A stretch of 64,000 bases of DNA from the NCBI GenBank assembly GCA_964035545.1, contig OZ037767.1, positions 19,732,628 through 19,796,627 of the forward strand, given 5' to 3'. Origin of the DNA: Bugula neritina. Taxonomy: Eukaryota > Animalia > Bryozoa. Positions 62,901 through 64,000 of the stretch are shown in pieces (the stretch's first letter is position 1; every line of letters starts with the position of its first letter). A program made the translations under genes and the position numbers. The notes beneath the pieces are model-generated. The model ran no database searches. It was not told the DNA's origin and saw nothing but the letters and a program-made list of their open reading frames with translations.

Positions 62901-64000
62901 CTGGAAGGTGGCTGGGGCGGAGGTTAACCCGAAGGGCAGCACCTTCCACTTCCACAAACCGTCCCGTGTGATAAACGCCGCTTTCTCTTGGGCGTCGGGA
63001 CTCAGAGGAACTTGCCAATAGCCGCTTAGCAAGTCTAACGTACTGAAGTACTTGCTGCCGGCTAGGGCGTCCAATGACTCGTCAATACGAGGTAGAGGGT
63101 AGGCGTCCTGTATGGTTACGCTATTGAGTTTGCGGTAGTCCACACAGAACCGCCAACTGCCGTCTTTCTTCCGGACCAGTACGACTGGCGAGCTCCACGC
63201 ACTATGGGCGGGCTCTATCAGTCCCCGGTCCAGAAGATCCCGTACTTGTCGGCTAACCTCCTTCTCTTTCTCCGGCCCCAACCTGCGGGTGGGCTGCCGG
63301 ACAGGGACTGTCCCTGCAGTCAGCGGTATTTCGTGTCTGACAATTCCAGTCAGTCCCACGTCATGCTCCCCGCTGCTGAACACATCACCGTAGTCGCGTA
63401 GTAACTTAGCCATAGCTTGGCGTTCCCGGTTACTCGCGCAGCCGCCACTGGCTGTTTCATATAACTCCCGGAGATGTGTTGGGACTGCCCCTCGTCCCTG
63501 AATAGGGTGTCGAGGGAGTGCCTCTGTCGCATCACCCAGCGACGGGCCTACGTCTCCCTCCTGAACAGAGTGAAAACGGCCCAGCATCGACCCAGCCGGG
63601 AGCTTGATAGGCTCGGTAAAGGGGTTGACGCACTGCACTAAGATCTCCCCTTGCTCAGTCAGCTGATTCAGACTGCTGGCAAGTTGGATCTTTTCGTGCG
63701 CGCCTTCAACCACCCCGAGTCCAGAGATCCGGCTACTATTCACCCTGCAGTGAATGGTAGCCCGGGAGCGGCCTGGTATGGTACGGTTGCGTACCACTTG
63801 CACACCTCCCACTAAAGGGCGGCCGAACTTGTCGACGCAGGCGAGTTCTCGCCCGGACATCATCATTGCAGATCTGCTAAAATCTATGTGACATCCGTGC
63901 CGTTTAAGGAACGGCATCCCGAGGATAGCATCCTCCTTGAGCTGACTGACGATGAACGTCTCTTGGATCGTTTGATCGCGGACTCGTCCCGTCAGCTCAA
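59988..64000 (-). pseudogene. pol: Disrupted pol of second Gypsy
   Basis: TGG changed to TAG at 62505-62507; C-run 9 vs 7 at 60581-60589 and 8 vs 7 at 60275-60282 relative to element 1 (the homopolymer indels could be sequencing error). Confidence 0.9.

Larger units (their letters stand above)
58291..64000 (-). mobile_element. Second Gypsy element (related family), 5' part beyond the window
   Basis: 3' LTR 58291-58597, PPT 58598-58608, ORF3 homologue, pol near-identical to element 1 over RT-RH-IN. Confidence 0.97.

Overview
AT-rich eukaryotic (most likely invertebrate) genomic DNA with spliceosomal introns; the ORF track's GTG/TTG starts and most of its short ORFs are not meaningful here. 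The host content is a tandem/inverted cluster of 7-exon classical short-chain dehydrogenase/reductase (SDR, FabG-like) genes: three intact on the minus strand (A, B, C), one intact on the plus strand (E), one plus-strand copy disrupted by insertions (D), and several exon remnants. The cluster is heavily invaded by mobile DNA: a complete AcademX DNA transposon (634-bp TIRs, AAA TSD, spliced ~1511-aa transposase/XPG/Cys-rich protein), a complete and very young Gypsy LTR retrotransposon inside intron 1 of SDR-D, a second related Gypsy cut by the window end, an old Gypsy fragment, two solo LTRs, several MITEs, SINE heads and a minimal hammerhead ribozyme embedded in (TA)n. The most striking observation is that both Gypsy elements carry, in the env position, a zinc-finger plus coiled-coil accessory gene. 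In both, this gene appears to be split by a conserved phase-1 GT-AG intron whose 25-nt first exon sits in frame with the end of pol. All coordinates and identities were read by eye; no searches were run.
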